Notes: a model not told the origin generated them from the letters alone. A DNA stretch of 63,378 bases, filler included, from Collodictyon triciliatum (GCA_043381765.1; 11 parts of 11 records of this genome joined end to end with filler, not necessarily neighbours in it), one strand, 5' to 3'; shown: positions 29,407 to 51,483, counted from the whole stretch's first letter. Translations and numbers: made by a program.

Positions 29407-31885
29407 TTATTCAACCTTGCCAAACATTTGAATTCTTTCATTGCCCCAGTCACAAATATAGAGTTTCTGGTTCAGTCCAAAGCATGCTCCCTTTTGGCCA
29501 TTAAACTGTCCATCGGTTGAAGACTTCGACGAATTTCCGAACGTGTGAACATCAGCATTGTCTTTTGTCGAGTCGTAAACGCGGATGTGATGATTTCCAC
29601 GATCGCTTACCAGAATTGTGTTGTTTGGACCCTCTACGATGAAAACATGACCCGGCACTTTATTGATTATAACGGTGCGTAGAAATGCTCCCATTACATC
29701 ATAAATGTTAATTTTGTCTCCGCCATATCCAATCACGCACACTTCGTTTTTTGAAGTTACGCAAATCCCCTCTGGATTTACGATTCTATATCACCAAAAG
29801 ATGACTCTGCAAACGAGCGTTCGTACTCAAACACCCGGTTGAACTTCTCCACTTGATGCTTGCCTTTATTTGCCACGTAAAGATTCCCGTCGTGGTCAAA
29901 ATACATATTAAACGGATCAGTGAATCCACCAAAGTCGTTCATAGATGAGCTTCGTGTGCTCCTTTTGCGATCCGATTGGATTGTCTGAATCACATTGAAG
30001 TTATCATCAAAAATTTGCACACGATTTTCGTAATCACTAACAGCAATATGTCCATCAAGTGAAATGGCGATTCCGATTGGTGAGTTGAATTGACCGGGGC
30101 CTGAACCTTTACTGCCGAATGTGCAAATAAATCTCAAATCCTCATTCAACACTTGTACGCGATGATTGTCGTTTTCGACGACAAATATGTGCTTTGTCTT
30201 TGGATGAGCTGCAATTCCCCATGGATATTTAAACTGAAGAGCTCCACCTCCTTGTGACCCGGCCTTCCTCTGAAAAACGTAGTCTTTGATATTGCACTCC
30301 CATGGTTTCTGGTAAAAGTCCACACCCACCTTCTTCTTTTGCTCCTCCTGTGCTATTTTCTTCTTCTCTTCAGCCTTTTCCATCTGCTCCTTCTCCAAGC
30401 GATACATCTGCACTTCGCCTTCCAACTCTCTCATTTGCTCCTCTCTCTCATCCATGCGTCTCTGCCACTCCACGTTTTGCATTCGCATCTTTTCCAATTC
30501 CAACTCACAATTTGCGTGCATTTCCTTCACCTTGTATGCTTCAATTTCTCTGATCACTAATTCACCTTCAATCCCAATACTCGTTGTTAATTCTTGCATA
30601 AACGCAATCCCCAACTCTTCCATCTTCATCTCTGTCTGAACGGCTATCCGTGCAAAAACTGCGCTCTTGAAAAGCTTGGTCACTATGCCATCACTCTCAT
30701 AAACTTCTTTGGACTCTTTCAGCATTGAAATTGAGTGCTTCAGAATATTCTCGGAGACCTCAATTCGATATTTTGAATATTCGACGATATCTCTTGACGG
30801 CTGGAACGTCGCCTTCACCTACATACATGTATGACTAAATGAGCTTATTGACCATGGTAAAGTCATTTCCTTTATTGGATCGAAAATTAGTATGATTTTT
30901 CTTTTACTAAGGAATAGACAACGTGCGAATATAAATGAGGATACTGTGGCTGTGAGTTTCTGTCTCAGTTGTGCTGCCTTATGGGTAATATTCTCGTACA
31001 GGGTATCAATTTTTGTGAGCTGCTCCTGCTCCGTCTCATTAATCTATAATTCATATCGTCTTAACTGAGTCATAGTTGATAACACCATTCAACAAAAGGA
31101 GGAAAGACAGGTATCTTCACAAAAGAACCTACCTTTTTCATCTCAATTTCGGCTCTCTTCTTCATTTCACCTATCTCGAGGATTTTCTTTTCTGCTCCCG
31201 CAATGAGCTCGCCTTCTTTGATTGAGTTGTAATCGATTTTCTCAACTTTGACATATTCATGAGATTTAGATGAAATGGAATCTTCAAAGCCACATGTAGA
31301 ACACATTTCAGTGACCGGCCAGCATTCCTTGCAGACTGAAATTATGGGGAGCTTATGCAAAATACATTCACGCATGCTCGCCCTGTGCTTGATTCCAGGG
31401 TCATCCAATGTGCTATTTATCAAAATATAACAATAATTTTATTTTTCATAATAATCATAAGAAAAAGAAATGAAAAAGAAGACAAAAGCATTTTATAAAA
31501 TCAGGATATATACGTACCTGACTTTGTGTCTCATCGTTCTCTTTTGCTTGGAGTGATGCTTTTCATGGCACTCGCTGCAAAGCAGACCACAGCCGTCCTT
31601 ACAGACTAAATTTGGCTCGCTTGAACAGTCTACGCATTCCTCTTTTTTCCTAGGGTCTCTTTGAGCAACTACTTTGTCGTGGTACACTGAGTTTGAGTGT
31701 GGATTATTCGCTGAAGACGCGGTGAAATCGGCATGGCAAACGGGACACGCAGGTTTTGCTCTTGCATGTTGCGCAAGTTTCTCGGTCCTTGAAACACACT
31801 CGCAACAGAAAGTGTGCCCACATGGAAGTTCCACAGTGTCTTGGAAGATTTTGAGGCAGGTGGGACAGTTGCACTCGCTCTCCAT
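29407..31885 (-). CDS. TRIM/RBCC-NHL protein (RING, B-boxes, coiled coil, NHL repeats) with an apparent frameshift near 29778; possible pseudogene
   Basis: RING CPTC...LPCGHTFCCEC...CPVC, Cys/His B-box motifs, a coiled coil, and NHL repeats FKYPWGIA, GQFNSPIGIA, FTDPFNM and GQFNGQKG. The frame changes between SFGDIES* and NPEGICV. Confidence 0.88.
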
Positions 31886-32240
31886 TTTCGGTCTCTGTTC
31901 ACAGCGGTAAGCAAGAGTTTGAAAAGATGGAGTGAGAATGAAGAAGAGTGAGATTGAAGAAAGAGTGAGATTGAAGAAAGAGTGAGATTGAAAAAAGAGT
32001 GAGAACGAAGAGTGAGGATGAGTAAAAAGAGCAAGAAGTGCATTACAGGGTTTAAAGCAGATTGATCTGTTTGCAACATTTTTTTTCTTTGATAAATTCA
32101 AATTTCTTTTTTCATCCAAGGAACCATAATATATCTGGAATGTATATATTGAATGAACCATATTCCTTTTCGTTCGTTTGTCGTGTGTTGGAAACCCATT
32201 GATTCTCGCAAGTAGTCGAGGAGGAATCTACTGGAGGATT

Positions 32241-32304
32241 GAGAGTTTGGGGGAGTTTTTTTTTTCTTCCTTTATTCGATTCAAAAAGAGAGTTTGGGGG
32301 AGTT
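32241..32304 (-). mobile_element. 30-nt micro-insertion of the same family with a perfect 17-bp target-site duplication
   Basis: GAGAGTTTGGGGGAGTT at 32241-32257 and 32288-32304 flanks TTTTTTTTCTTCCTTTATTCGATTCAAAAA. Confidence 0.75.
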
Positions 32305-32329
32305 CTTCGTTGAGGGTGTTGCTTTCTCA

Positions 32330-34112
32330 CCTAAACAAAAACCCAAAGAGTAAACAACTTGAAACTCCTTGATAGTGAGATACAAAATCTGCAAGAAACC
32401 ATCAGCACCCTCACTCCTACTTTTCATCCTGATTATGGACCCTATCACGAGAAAACCAGAACTCAGCGAGGTTCCGCAAATAAGCATCAACAACGAGCAA
32501 CAAGAAAAGAAACTAACCCGACTGCTATTTGGGGATGAAATCAAGCCATATGCAACCGCCAAAAGCAAATAGAGGCACTGCTAGAAATAACAGTCAGCAA
32601 ACTAAAGAAAGTAGGGCTTATAATAAGTAAAGATAAATCAGCGACTAACAACCAGACCGACTCCTCCCACGCCCAAGAAATTGGACAAGACGGGACATAC
32701 AGATACCTAGAAGTCTACGAAGACCAAGGAAACCAAATAGCAAAAACGACAAAGACAGAGACTCGAGAAGAGATGTAGAAACGAATCAAAAAACTATGTG
32801 CAACAAACCTAAATGCCAAACACACCTCCCAAGCAATCAATTAGTTTGCCCTACTAGTATGAAACTATCATATAAGCCTTTTCGACTATAGCACAGACGA
32901 ATTCAGGGAGATGGGTTCAAAAGTAAAAAAAAAAAAAAAAACGAATTGTCTTAAAAAGAAAAAAAAAAAAAAAAAACTTCCTTAGCAGCGAAAAAGTCCT
33001 TTAAAGCTGCAAGCATACAAAGATTCTACTTACCCAGAAATGAATATGAAAGAGGACTAGTCAGCACTGAACACAAGGCAGAAAGACTGCTCATAAACTT
33101 CTACAGCAACCCAAGTGACATCTCGACGAACCACAGGAAAAACAGTTATCCTCATGATGGAGAGAAAAGAAACAACTCCAGTCACCCAAATTGAGGATAT
33201 ACTAGCAGCTTAATACCTTGAGATTGACCATGACAATTTTAGAACACGGATCTACAAAACACTTAAGTTCAGCACCTAAAAGGAAGCAACAGTAAGAAAA
33301 CACTTCACATCCCATTCTACAAATCTATAGAAGAGAACATAAAAAAAGACTCCGACAAATGACTAACGAAAGGAATTAGTTACCGAGAGAATAAGCTACA
33401 TGCTTTACTATGCAAGATGGCGATGTATTCTTTAACGTAACAAAATGCAACACTTGTAAGATACCAAGGAACCTTCCCCATGTAGCGGGGGCATGCACTC
33501 TTAACCTACAAAAAACTTCACCAGACGCCATAACAAAGTAGTCCGATGCATTCACAAACACCTAACCCCCCAAATACAACTCCCGAAAAACAAGAGGCTC
33601 AAAAGACACAGAATAGAAAAAGTAATAGCAAACCAATACGCCACGATACACTCTGACTGTAACTTGGACCCAAAGTCCAGAAAACGTCTATAGGATCTGA
33701 CTTAGTAGTCCATGATAAGATTCACAAAATTGTGCACATAATCGATGTAGCGGCAGTAATGCCAGGGAACCAGGCCAAAAAAAAATGGACAAGAGAAAGT
33801 GGGTGAGTATAAGACTCTAAGGAGATACCTAGCCAAGAAACATCATGCAAGGATAGTGGTACTGCCTTACGTCATCTCCTAGGACGGTAATGTCACCAAG
33901 AAACCCCCGATACCAGGAGCATTCTAGGTAAAACGGACAAAGTACATGCATGTATTCAAAAAGTGATGACGAGAGAAACTATGGATATAGTATTCAGAAC
34001 ATTCAGCAACAAAAATGACTGGAAAAATGAGAGAATAGACAAAGACATAATTGCTAATATGGTACATAAACTTGAAACCAACTCCATCAACGAAGAATTC
34101 CCCAAATCGTAA
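32330..34112 (+). mobile_element. Decayed, 5'-truncated R4-clade (RLE-type) non-LTR retrotransposon
   Basis: RT remnants SLLLFILIMDPITRK, LLFGDEIKPYA (YxDD region), YRYLEVYE, RIKKLCATNLNAKH..QAIN and RFYLPRNEYERGL, then a CxxC..H...C knuckle and restriction-like endonuclease motifs DLVVHDK..IIDV...EK...Y, VLPYVIS. Many stops and frameshifts, no introns. Confidence 0.85.
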
Positions 34113-34487
34113 TCCCTCAAAAGATTCTTTCTGAGAAAAACCTGTTCCGAGCTTCGAAAAAAATCGAGTCATTCTGTGAAGCAATCTCTTCCGCTGTCAC
34201 AGTTAATACAATTGGTTCGCATTCTACCTTTCAAGCATCATCCCCAAATACCATTACAACTCAACAAACTTATCCTTTTTGTGAGAAAACCTTCTTTTTT
34301 TACTACCCCCATGCAAATCAAATTAAAATCACCCATCAATACACAAGACTAATATAACTAAAAAAAATCTTTAAGCAAAAAAAGCATTGCACAAAAAACA
34401 GAAGCTGAAACTAAGCAAGCTCTATATTATTTTTGGAGCTCAAAAAAATCGATCGAAGGTGGGGCAATACATCAAATAATAGCAAAA

Positions 34488-34519
<32 letters not shown>

Positions 34520-34662
34520 TTACACAAAAAAAAAAAAAAGAAAAANNNNNNNNNNNNNNNNNNNNNNNNNNNNNNNNNNNNNNNNNNNNTTAATTAATTA
34601 ANNNNNNNNNNNNNNNNNNNNNNNNNNNNNNNNNNNNNNNNNNNNAAAATGTTTAAAAATTT

Positions 34663-34727
<65 letters not shown>

Positions 34728-35018
34728 AGTTGAAATTACAATTTCGTTAATCAAAGAAAACAACACCCTGTCCTTTAAGCTATGATAGAATGTGAAGAAG
34801 CTATGCTGTATGTATCATGCAGGAAAGGTTGTAATTTGTATCTTACCAGGCATTTTAAGTCGAATATTCAGGTAGATATATTTATATCATGATGGAAACC
34901 AAATTAAACTCGTGGCTTAGGATGCAATTATATCTTATCACTCCAATCTTACAGGGCGATAAAACCGTACATCATTCAAAACTCCAAAGTACGGTGCCAC
35001 CACTGTACCATGTCACAG

Positions 35019-38467
<3,449 letters not shown>

Positions 38468-38971
38468 GTACGACCCGAAGCTGACATATGGCTTAGTTTC
38501 GTCAAAAATCACACGTGGCTCAGTGATGGCAATTGACTATCACCCTAGCTAACCTACTATGCATAAACGAAAAAAAATATTCTTATTCGATTAATAGATT
38601 ATGCTGTCAAATATACTTTCACTGACTTTGTATAATAAAAATTTTCAGTTGACAATAATTTTGTCTACAATTTGCAAGATAATTTTGCTGAAATGCCTCC
38701 TGAACGAATAATTATGACAGCTATCAACCAACTAGTTTGTTGTACTAATTTTGAAACTGTAAATATTATTATTTTGCTTTTATTTGTGGGGTAAAAAAAA
38801 AATGATGCTTTTACATGTTCTAACAAAGAATATTGGGCTAAAATAATTAAGTAACTTGAAAAGTATCTTGAATTAAAAAAAGAGGTAACAGAAAAATGTA
38901 TCTCTCATCCATCCGTGGAATTACAGAGGTATTCATTATAGTTGACTTGTTTCTTAGTATATGGTTTCTAT

Positions 38972-39010
<39 letters not shown>

Positions 39011-40716
39011 TTATAAAAAAAGATTTTGTGAGAGTACCCTGCTTAATCGCCATATATTCTTACTGAAAATGAACCATTCTTGTGAATTCAAACAATCGAA
39101 CGTTTTTTTTTATTTGTTTGAAAACCCACCTACATTCATGGCCACGTTGGTATATAGAAGTATTAATTTGATTGTATTCAAACCTTTAACTACGGTTGTA
39201 ATGTCCTGAAACGGTGGTAAATTCGGAATGATACACTAGGAAAAAGCGCAAGCATTTCATGATAATCGGTATTTTGCCTCGTTATATTGCACCTTTGATT
39301 TTCTTCAACATTCGAAGACACATTTAAAATCAAAGTCTAAGTTAAGAATCCGCCTAGAAAGTAAAGGAAATCGTAGAAAATGTTGCATTTCGCTCTCGGT
39401 AATCCTCTTTTTTACCGATTGCTGTGCTTAAAAAAAAATATGTTCGAGTAGTCAGTTGGAAGGATATCAGTTCACCTTCGTATGAAAATGATTTAGCAGG
39501 AAATCTATTGCTCTGCTAAACTTTGGTCCAGAATAGATTTTGTATTTTAGACCTGTCATATAGTCCGGGATGAACAAGACGCAGGCCCAATCAGCCTTTG
39601 GGCACCACAGCCTCATATGCACCCTTTTTGATTAATTTCGTGGCGGTTGTGTCATATAGCAGTTCGTAGAAAGCGAGTTAACAGACTGAGATAAGAGATG
39701 CAAAAGAAGAGGAAACATGGTGCGGATGACAGGTAAAACCATTCGTGTTCGTGGGATTCTCCTCGCCTATGCAGCTGCTACCAAAAGGCGTCCGGCAGAA
39801 AAAGAAGCGCCATTGCGGCAGGGCATAGACATCACAACCGGCTCCAAGCCCAAAAACCGCAGGGAGAGTAGGAGCGAATCTATCCTATATTTGGAGCGAG
39901 ATTGCGACGCTTCCGTATATAAATGATGCCGGGTGGTGTCAAGTGCGTCACACGGCTGCGTATATTGTGCCTCACATACGCTCTCATCGCAACAACGTGT
40001 TCTTTCGTCATGGAGCCGTCACTTTGATAGGGTTCTCTTTATTCGTTCCTGCGTGCGTTTGGCGATTCTCTTGCGGTCAGCCACTGTGTTTGTGCGCGAG
40101 GGATGCGAGAGCGAGCATATATGTGAAGTATGGAGCAGAGCAGCCGCAGGCGATTAGTTTCTAAAAACAAAACAAAAACAAAACAAAAACAAAACAAAAA
40201 CAAAACAACAAAAAAACAACAAAAACAAAAACAAAAACAAAAACAAAAACAAAAACAAAAACAAAAACAAAAACAAAAACAAAAACAAAAACAAAAACAA
40301 AAACAAAAACAAAANNNNNNNNNNNNNNNNNNNNNNNNNNNNNNNNNNNNNNNNNNNNTTAATTAATTAANNNNNNNNNNNNNNNNNNNNNNNNNNNNNN
40401 NNNNNNNNNNNNNNCAAGCACAAGACCCAGGCTACAGGCCAAACCGCAGGATGCAATTCCTGATTACCGACTACTTCTCCGCCACCCGGCCAACAAGTAG
40501 CGTCCATGCAAACTATGGCTTGCGAACCAAAGCCGAAATCTCCACCATCTCGCACAAAATTGAAATGAAGAATAAAAATTGAAATGAAGAATAAAAAAAT
40601 TCTTAACAAAAATTCTTCACAAAAAATAAAAACAAAAAGAAATGTGCTTTAGTGATTAATTCAATTCACCAAAGGGAGCATGTATGTCACGGTGTTGCAT
40701 TTTCCTTCTTTTCTTT

Positions 40717-45914
<5,198 letters not shown>

Positions 45915-46028
45915 CTTGAGTTAATTACTGTTTGAACACATATAAAGCGCGCATAAACTGGATTCGATTGCAATATTTTTTCACATTTCGTCTAACAACA
46001 ATACTGATAAACCAAAAAAAAAAAAAAA

Positions 46029-46082
<54 letters not shown>

Positions 46083-46206
46083 NNNNNNNNNNNNNNNNNN
46101 NNNNNNNNNNNNNNNNNNNNNNNNNNTTAATTAATTAANNNNNNNNNNNNNNNNNNNNNNNNNNNNNNNNNNNNNNNNNNNNAAAAAAAGAAGGAAAAAA
46201 AAAAAG

Positions 46207-46237
<31 letters not shown>

Positions 46238-46516
46238 ACGATAACGTAACCTCATGACCCAACCCTGAAAATCATATGCGACTAGAAGTAAAAAAAAAAA
46301 AAAAATCAGAATATTCCGACGAGCTATCAGTCAAAAACGCCCTGTGCGATTGAAAATTGAAAATAAAAAAAAAGGCATTCAGAGTTTGTCGGGTTTTATC
46401 ATGTTGGGAGAAAGCGATAAAACTGTCTCTGCGGTCAACAAAACTCACACACAGAGGCTTGCAGAGAAGAAAAATGAAGTGACTGGCAGTATGGGCGCAA
46501 CGACAACAAAAAACTA

Positions 46517-46588
46517 TTCCGATACCGGGAATCGAACCCGGGTTGTGTGGGTGAAAGCCACATGTGCTACCGACTACACCATATCGGA
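46517..46588 (-). tRNA. tRNA-Glu (anticodon TTC)
   Basis: 72-nt cloverleaf: acceptor stem TCCGATA/TATCGGA, anticodon arm TGTGG-CTTTCAC-CCACA, T-arm CCGGG-TTCGATT-CCCGG, followed by a T6 Pol III terminator. Confidence 0.97.
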
Positions 46589-48266
46589 TAACCTTGTTGC
46601 AGAAGAGATCGTAACATTAAATAATTCATTGTAACTATTAATCTGGAATATATAATCAATTTACATAATTGTTTATGCTCAGTTCATCTTTCCTTATGCA
46701 TTGCTTACTTATGAATTATTGAATAGATATCATCACGTGGATGATTACCCTCCTTTGTTTCTACCATCCAATAAGACAAACAGCACTTTTCTACAGTAAT
46801 CGACAGTTCGACGAGCGCCTTACCAACAAACCCGTTAGACCTGCACATTTTAGGAATCTTACAACGGCACCGGGCACAGCGAACAAAGCGGCTGGGAGAT
46901 GACTGAAGACGCAGACGCAGAAAACGAATCAGCAGGCGGGGCTGGGACATGCAAGGTGTGAGTCCACATGAACAATGACTCGTGCCGATAAAGCTCGAGC
47001 AAAGAATTGTCCAATGACAGAAGCCATGCGCAGCGAAAGCCGGCCGCACAACTTATTTTCATCTCTGGCACGAAGCTCCTCGGCGAAAAGGTTTGTGATC
47101 TTCACTCACTTTTTTTTTTTTTTTTACAGAACCCAGCTTTCCCTCGTGGGTAATTATGCACTGTTTTCCAAGTGTTTTCTTCGTCGCATTTCCCCACCTG
47201 CAAAGAGCCCCTTGAAGAGAAAAGATAGGTTCTCCGTTCGTCCTCGACCTTCCTGTGATTTTGGTGGGGAGTTTTGGTAGGAGGATTCCCTTCATCCTTG
47301 CAGAAACAACCAGCTCAGGAAGAGAACTTTTGTCCCATTCTTTTTATTTTTCTTTCAGACCGGATGCCATTGTTTGGCACATTCTTGGATGAAAGAAGCG
47401 CTGTAGGGAGACTGGGTGGGACCGGATGTCTTCTCGGAGTGGAGGGTTCTGAGTGCTCCGCAACAGGCCTCTCTAAGCAACACCGCTTCGATAGATGCGC
47501 AAGGCGACCCATAAACACACCTTATTCTCCCTTGGTTGAGCACATCATAATATCAGGCTGGAAGTGGAATTCGGTCGGTGCAGTTGAAAAAAACGAATCA
47601 AAAACAAAAACAAAATCAAAAACAAAAACAAAAGAAAACAAACAAACAAAAACATATGAAAAACAAAGAAACAAAAAACGAATAAAAACAAAACAAATGG
47701 AAACAAAACAAAAAACTCTGCACTTCCAGCTGATTCCCAGAAGTAATACAACCAGATCGAGCGTCACAACCAATCAAAAGGTCAGAGACATCACCGAGAC
47801 TTTGCTTCAGAGTCTAGGAAGTACACAGAAAACCTAGTGCAGCAAAAAGGCGCATGGCAGAGAATCGGTTTCGCCCGCACAGCCCAGAAGATGTGAGTAA
47901 ACCCTTCGGATCTGAGAACGGACCTTTTGCCAACTTTTGAGTGAGGCACATACGCGGCCATAGAATAATGTGAAAAGCCTTTATCTCTGATACACGACGA
48001 TCAGAGGCGCAGGAAAATTAAGTCCAAAGGACTCCTCTGAGGCTCAATACTTACATTTGTTTATTTTATTTTATCATTATAAATACCTACTTAGAGATAG
48101 CTCCGTTCCCCATTTTTGATGTTGCCATAGACAAAACCATTTCTATGATTTTTTTTTGCTTCATTAAATGAATGTTCCTTAATATATATATATATATTAC
48201 ATAGCATCATTTGTTGCTTTTCTGACTATGAAAACACTTTAAATAACAAAAAAAAAAAAAAAAAAG

Positions 48267-51200
48267 GTCGAGAGTATAACGATAAAGCGACAAGAAAAGG
48301 GATTCTCAAGACTTCGTATGCATGAAGCACAAATCAGAACCCAGATGCAACAGCAGGCAGCGCTTGAACCGGTACTTCAATCTCCATGTTTATTCTCTTA
48401 CAACAGACTAAGCAATTACTGCGTATTTTATTTTCTTCCAAAGGCAAGAATATATATATTATCTACACAGAGTAAAAGGATCTCATATCTTCGCCTTAAA
48501 GCTATTCGATGAAACATCACTCCCGTCTCCGCGCCGTCCTGTAGCTCAATCACACACTCCAAGATTACGCATTCCAGAGATATTGCGCTCTGAGAACTTC
48601 CATCACAATGAGAGACTAGACCACCTCCGAAAAAAAAGATTCCTGGCCGAATACTCTTCATTAATCTCAGAAACGACCAAAGACTTGAGCAAACATCCAA
48701 GACAGATTGACCTGCCCCCGCTTTTTCCAGAGTCTACCGTTGCATCATCCAGCTTGGTAGCAAGCACATCGCAGGGCCCTTTAATGACATCGATCACAAA
48801 CCCCTCTCCAAGGACAAGTAAAATTCTTGGTTAGTGCTAAAGGAGCCTGTGGCACTTTCATTAATATTCAACTAATTTTTTGTTTGAAGTGAAAGTGCAG
48901 AAAAATGTAATTTTGTTTGTCAAAGGGCATACCTTTGTTTAAATATTCCCCCGTTTATTCGATTATAATAGACCTCCATTTAAAAAATATGTGAAAAGAA
49001 AAATCACAAAATCCCACTTCGCCAATCCTTGAAGACTCATATCGAAAATATCATTTTCCATTATAAACCTAAACAAAATACATATTTCACTTTAAATCAG
49101 ATCAATTTTCACCACGATTACCGAAACCAGTCCCACCTTCTACAGACCCGGCATCGTCCGGCCGTAGGAGGAGGCCTCATCCACCAAAACCAAATTCTGC
49201 GCCAAGTTCACCTGCAATTCGAGACTCTATCAGTGGCAATAATATCAGAGTAGGGGAGCTAACCACAGCCCATTTTGAAGAGGCAGATGAAAGAGATTGT
49301 ATCCACGATACTGTATCAAATGGATCCGACGAAAGGGATAAATGCAACTGGGTGGAACAATCAAAATTGACCCCGTCAGAGAGAATCGGGTGTTTTTATA
49401 CACCATCTGCTTACGGGATGAGTCCGAAAAGGATGACACTATCAAATATGGGTAACATGAAAGATTGGCAGCCACCACAAAGCAACTCTATTATCGAAGA
49501 GGACCACATGACTTCGTAATTGTTTTCACTGGACTGTTTATATATACATATATTTTTACACATATTTTGTTGTATATGAGAATCTCACACGTATTATTCA
49601 GAATTTAAACATTTCAATAACAAGACTAGGAAAATCGTTTCTATCTATTTTTCATTCTACAAGTAATTCAAGGCATTTATCTTATCGTTTTGACTATGCG
49701 GTGGTATAAAAAAAATAGTGAATCAGGAAGTCGACCAAGTTCAGCTGATGGAGCCGAAGAGGGGTTCCTCCCTTTAGAACTTTTTGACATTCCTTTAGAG
49801 AATGAGAAATCACCTCAGGAATGGCTGGATTACATCGAGGTAGGGTTGGGCTCAAAGCCTCTCATACCAAATAGATCCATTTATCTATCTGAGACCTCTT
49901 GAAGTAGAGGATATATAAAATATGATAGTTTATTTAGCCTTTCAATATCACCATTAGCCGTCATAGTGGTTGAATATGTTTTTAGTCTCTCTGCATAGAC
50001 AAGTTTTTTTTTTTTTTGTTTAATAGGAAACACGTACTAATACACCATTCTAATCAATTTACCACTTTTTGGTAGCTCACTGGAAAAGGAGCAAGAACAA
50101 AATTTCTGAGAGGGAATAAATGGCTCTGGAAGTCTTGCCGTGTGATTTCATACAATGAATCTGACCTCACCTATCAGATAGAATGGCCCGACACAGGAAA
50201 GCGCAAGATAGTCACTCGACTTAATCTCATATTTGATGGAGAGTCTTATCAAGATTACCACGCAAGACATCGTCGAGCATTAAAAAGAAGAAAAGAGGCA
50301 GAGGCAGAAGTGGTATGTATAACAGATATAGCCGTAGTTTGATTCAAATATTTATATTACGAATCTCGGCCAAGTCCAAAAAAAAAAAAAACAATAAATA
50401 TCTCAATATGCATCAAAATATGCGCGCTGGACTAAGGAATTTTGTCCCCTTCTCTTTCTTATCCAAAACAGCGACTGGATATTTTTCTGAAAGAGCACTT
50501 CCCAGAAAATCTCCCTCCATTAAGTCAATCATCTGTTGAGCGCATCGTTTCATTATGCGGGTTTCCCATACCATCACACAACTTGGAAGAAATCTGTCAA
50601 TCGTACCATCATAGCATAAAGCGTGCAGCCTACAACTACACAATGCTTAGCCCGTTTGAAAGAAGAAAACTTCTTCCATATCGACTTCCTGGACCTCCTG
50701 AACAAAAAAGCGTACCACTCTCTGGTGTTATCGAGATACCAAAATACAATTATGAACAAACTTTCCATTTTGCGCGAGAGAGGCTATTTCATTCGGATCC
50801 CCTACTACTTGATATTATCCTTCAAATATTCAGGCATTGGGAATACTATTCTAACAAGATTCTTGTCGATGACAAATTGAAAGGCTATTCCTTACCCACA
50901 GAGCTGAATACATTAGTCGAGTACCAATCTTTTCACATAGATGACATAATCAGTGTTTTGATGCAAGAGTAAGTTTATATTATCTTTTATTTTTCACTAA
51001 TTCAATATCTTCTGAATAATTCACAAATATGTTTATAAATAAATCTTTTTGATAATAATTAAAACTCTTGCGTTTTGATTAAGGTGGATTACTGGAATCG
51101 ATGTTGCCGTTTTCTCCAGACTGGAGGTTCCTGCAGACGTGAACGCCAAAAGGCAAATCGAACATGCACCAATATTAGTATGCCATATATTTGATATTCA

Positions 51201-51483
51201 TTTATTCAGGTTTTTTTTTTATAGACTCTGAAATATTTTAATTTCATACAAATCGCACATCGACTTTAATTCATCTCATCTTTAACTTTATCGGGTTGCA
51301 CAATTTTTATGTCAATATTAGACATATCTGCTACCCGATGAAAGGTTGCGAAGATTTCTACGCCTTGTTTCTTTAATCATGAGCGACCAGCTGAGAAAAC
51401 TTGTTGTTGACTCACTAAATTCATATGTGAAGCTAATTGAAAGATATCGATGGAATAAGCATGAAGCTGTTGATTCAACCAGA
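48267..51483 (+). CDS. DNAH1: Axonemal inner-arm dynein heavy chain, DNAH1-like N-terminal region (partial)
   Basis: FLPLELFD...SPQEWL, W..CRVISYNESDLTYQIEW...VTRLNLIFDGE...R.RALKRRKEAEA and LRRFLRLVSLIMSDQLRKLVVDSL match the DNAH1-type tail. The start codon is not determined. Confidence 0.75.

Noticed and set aside
30819-30944. GTATCCTC donor suggesting a U12-type intron in the TRIM-NHL gene
   Set aside because: It deviates from GTATCCTT and there is no TCCTTAAC-like branch site near the acceptor.
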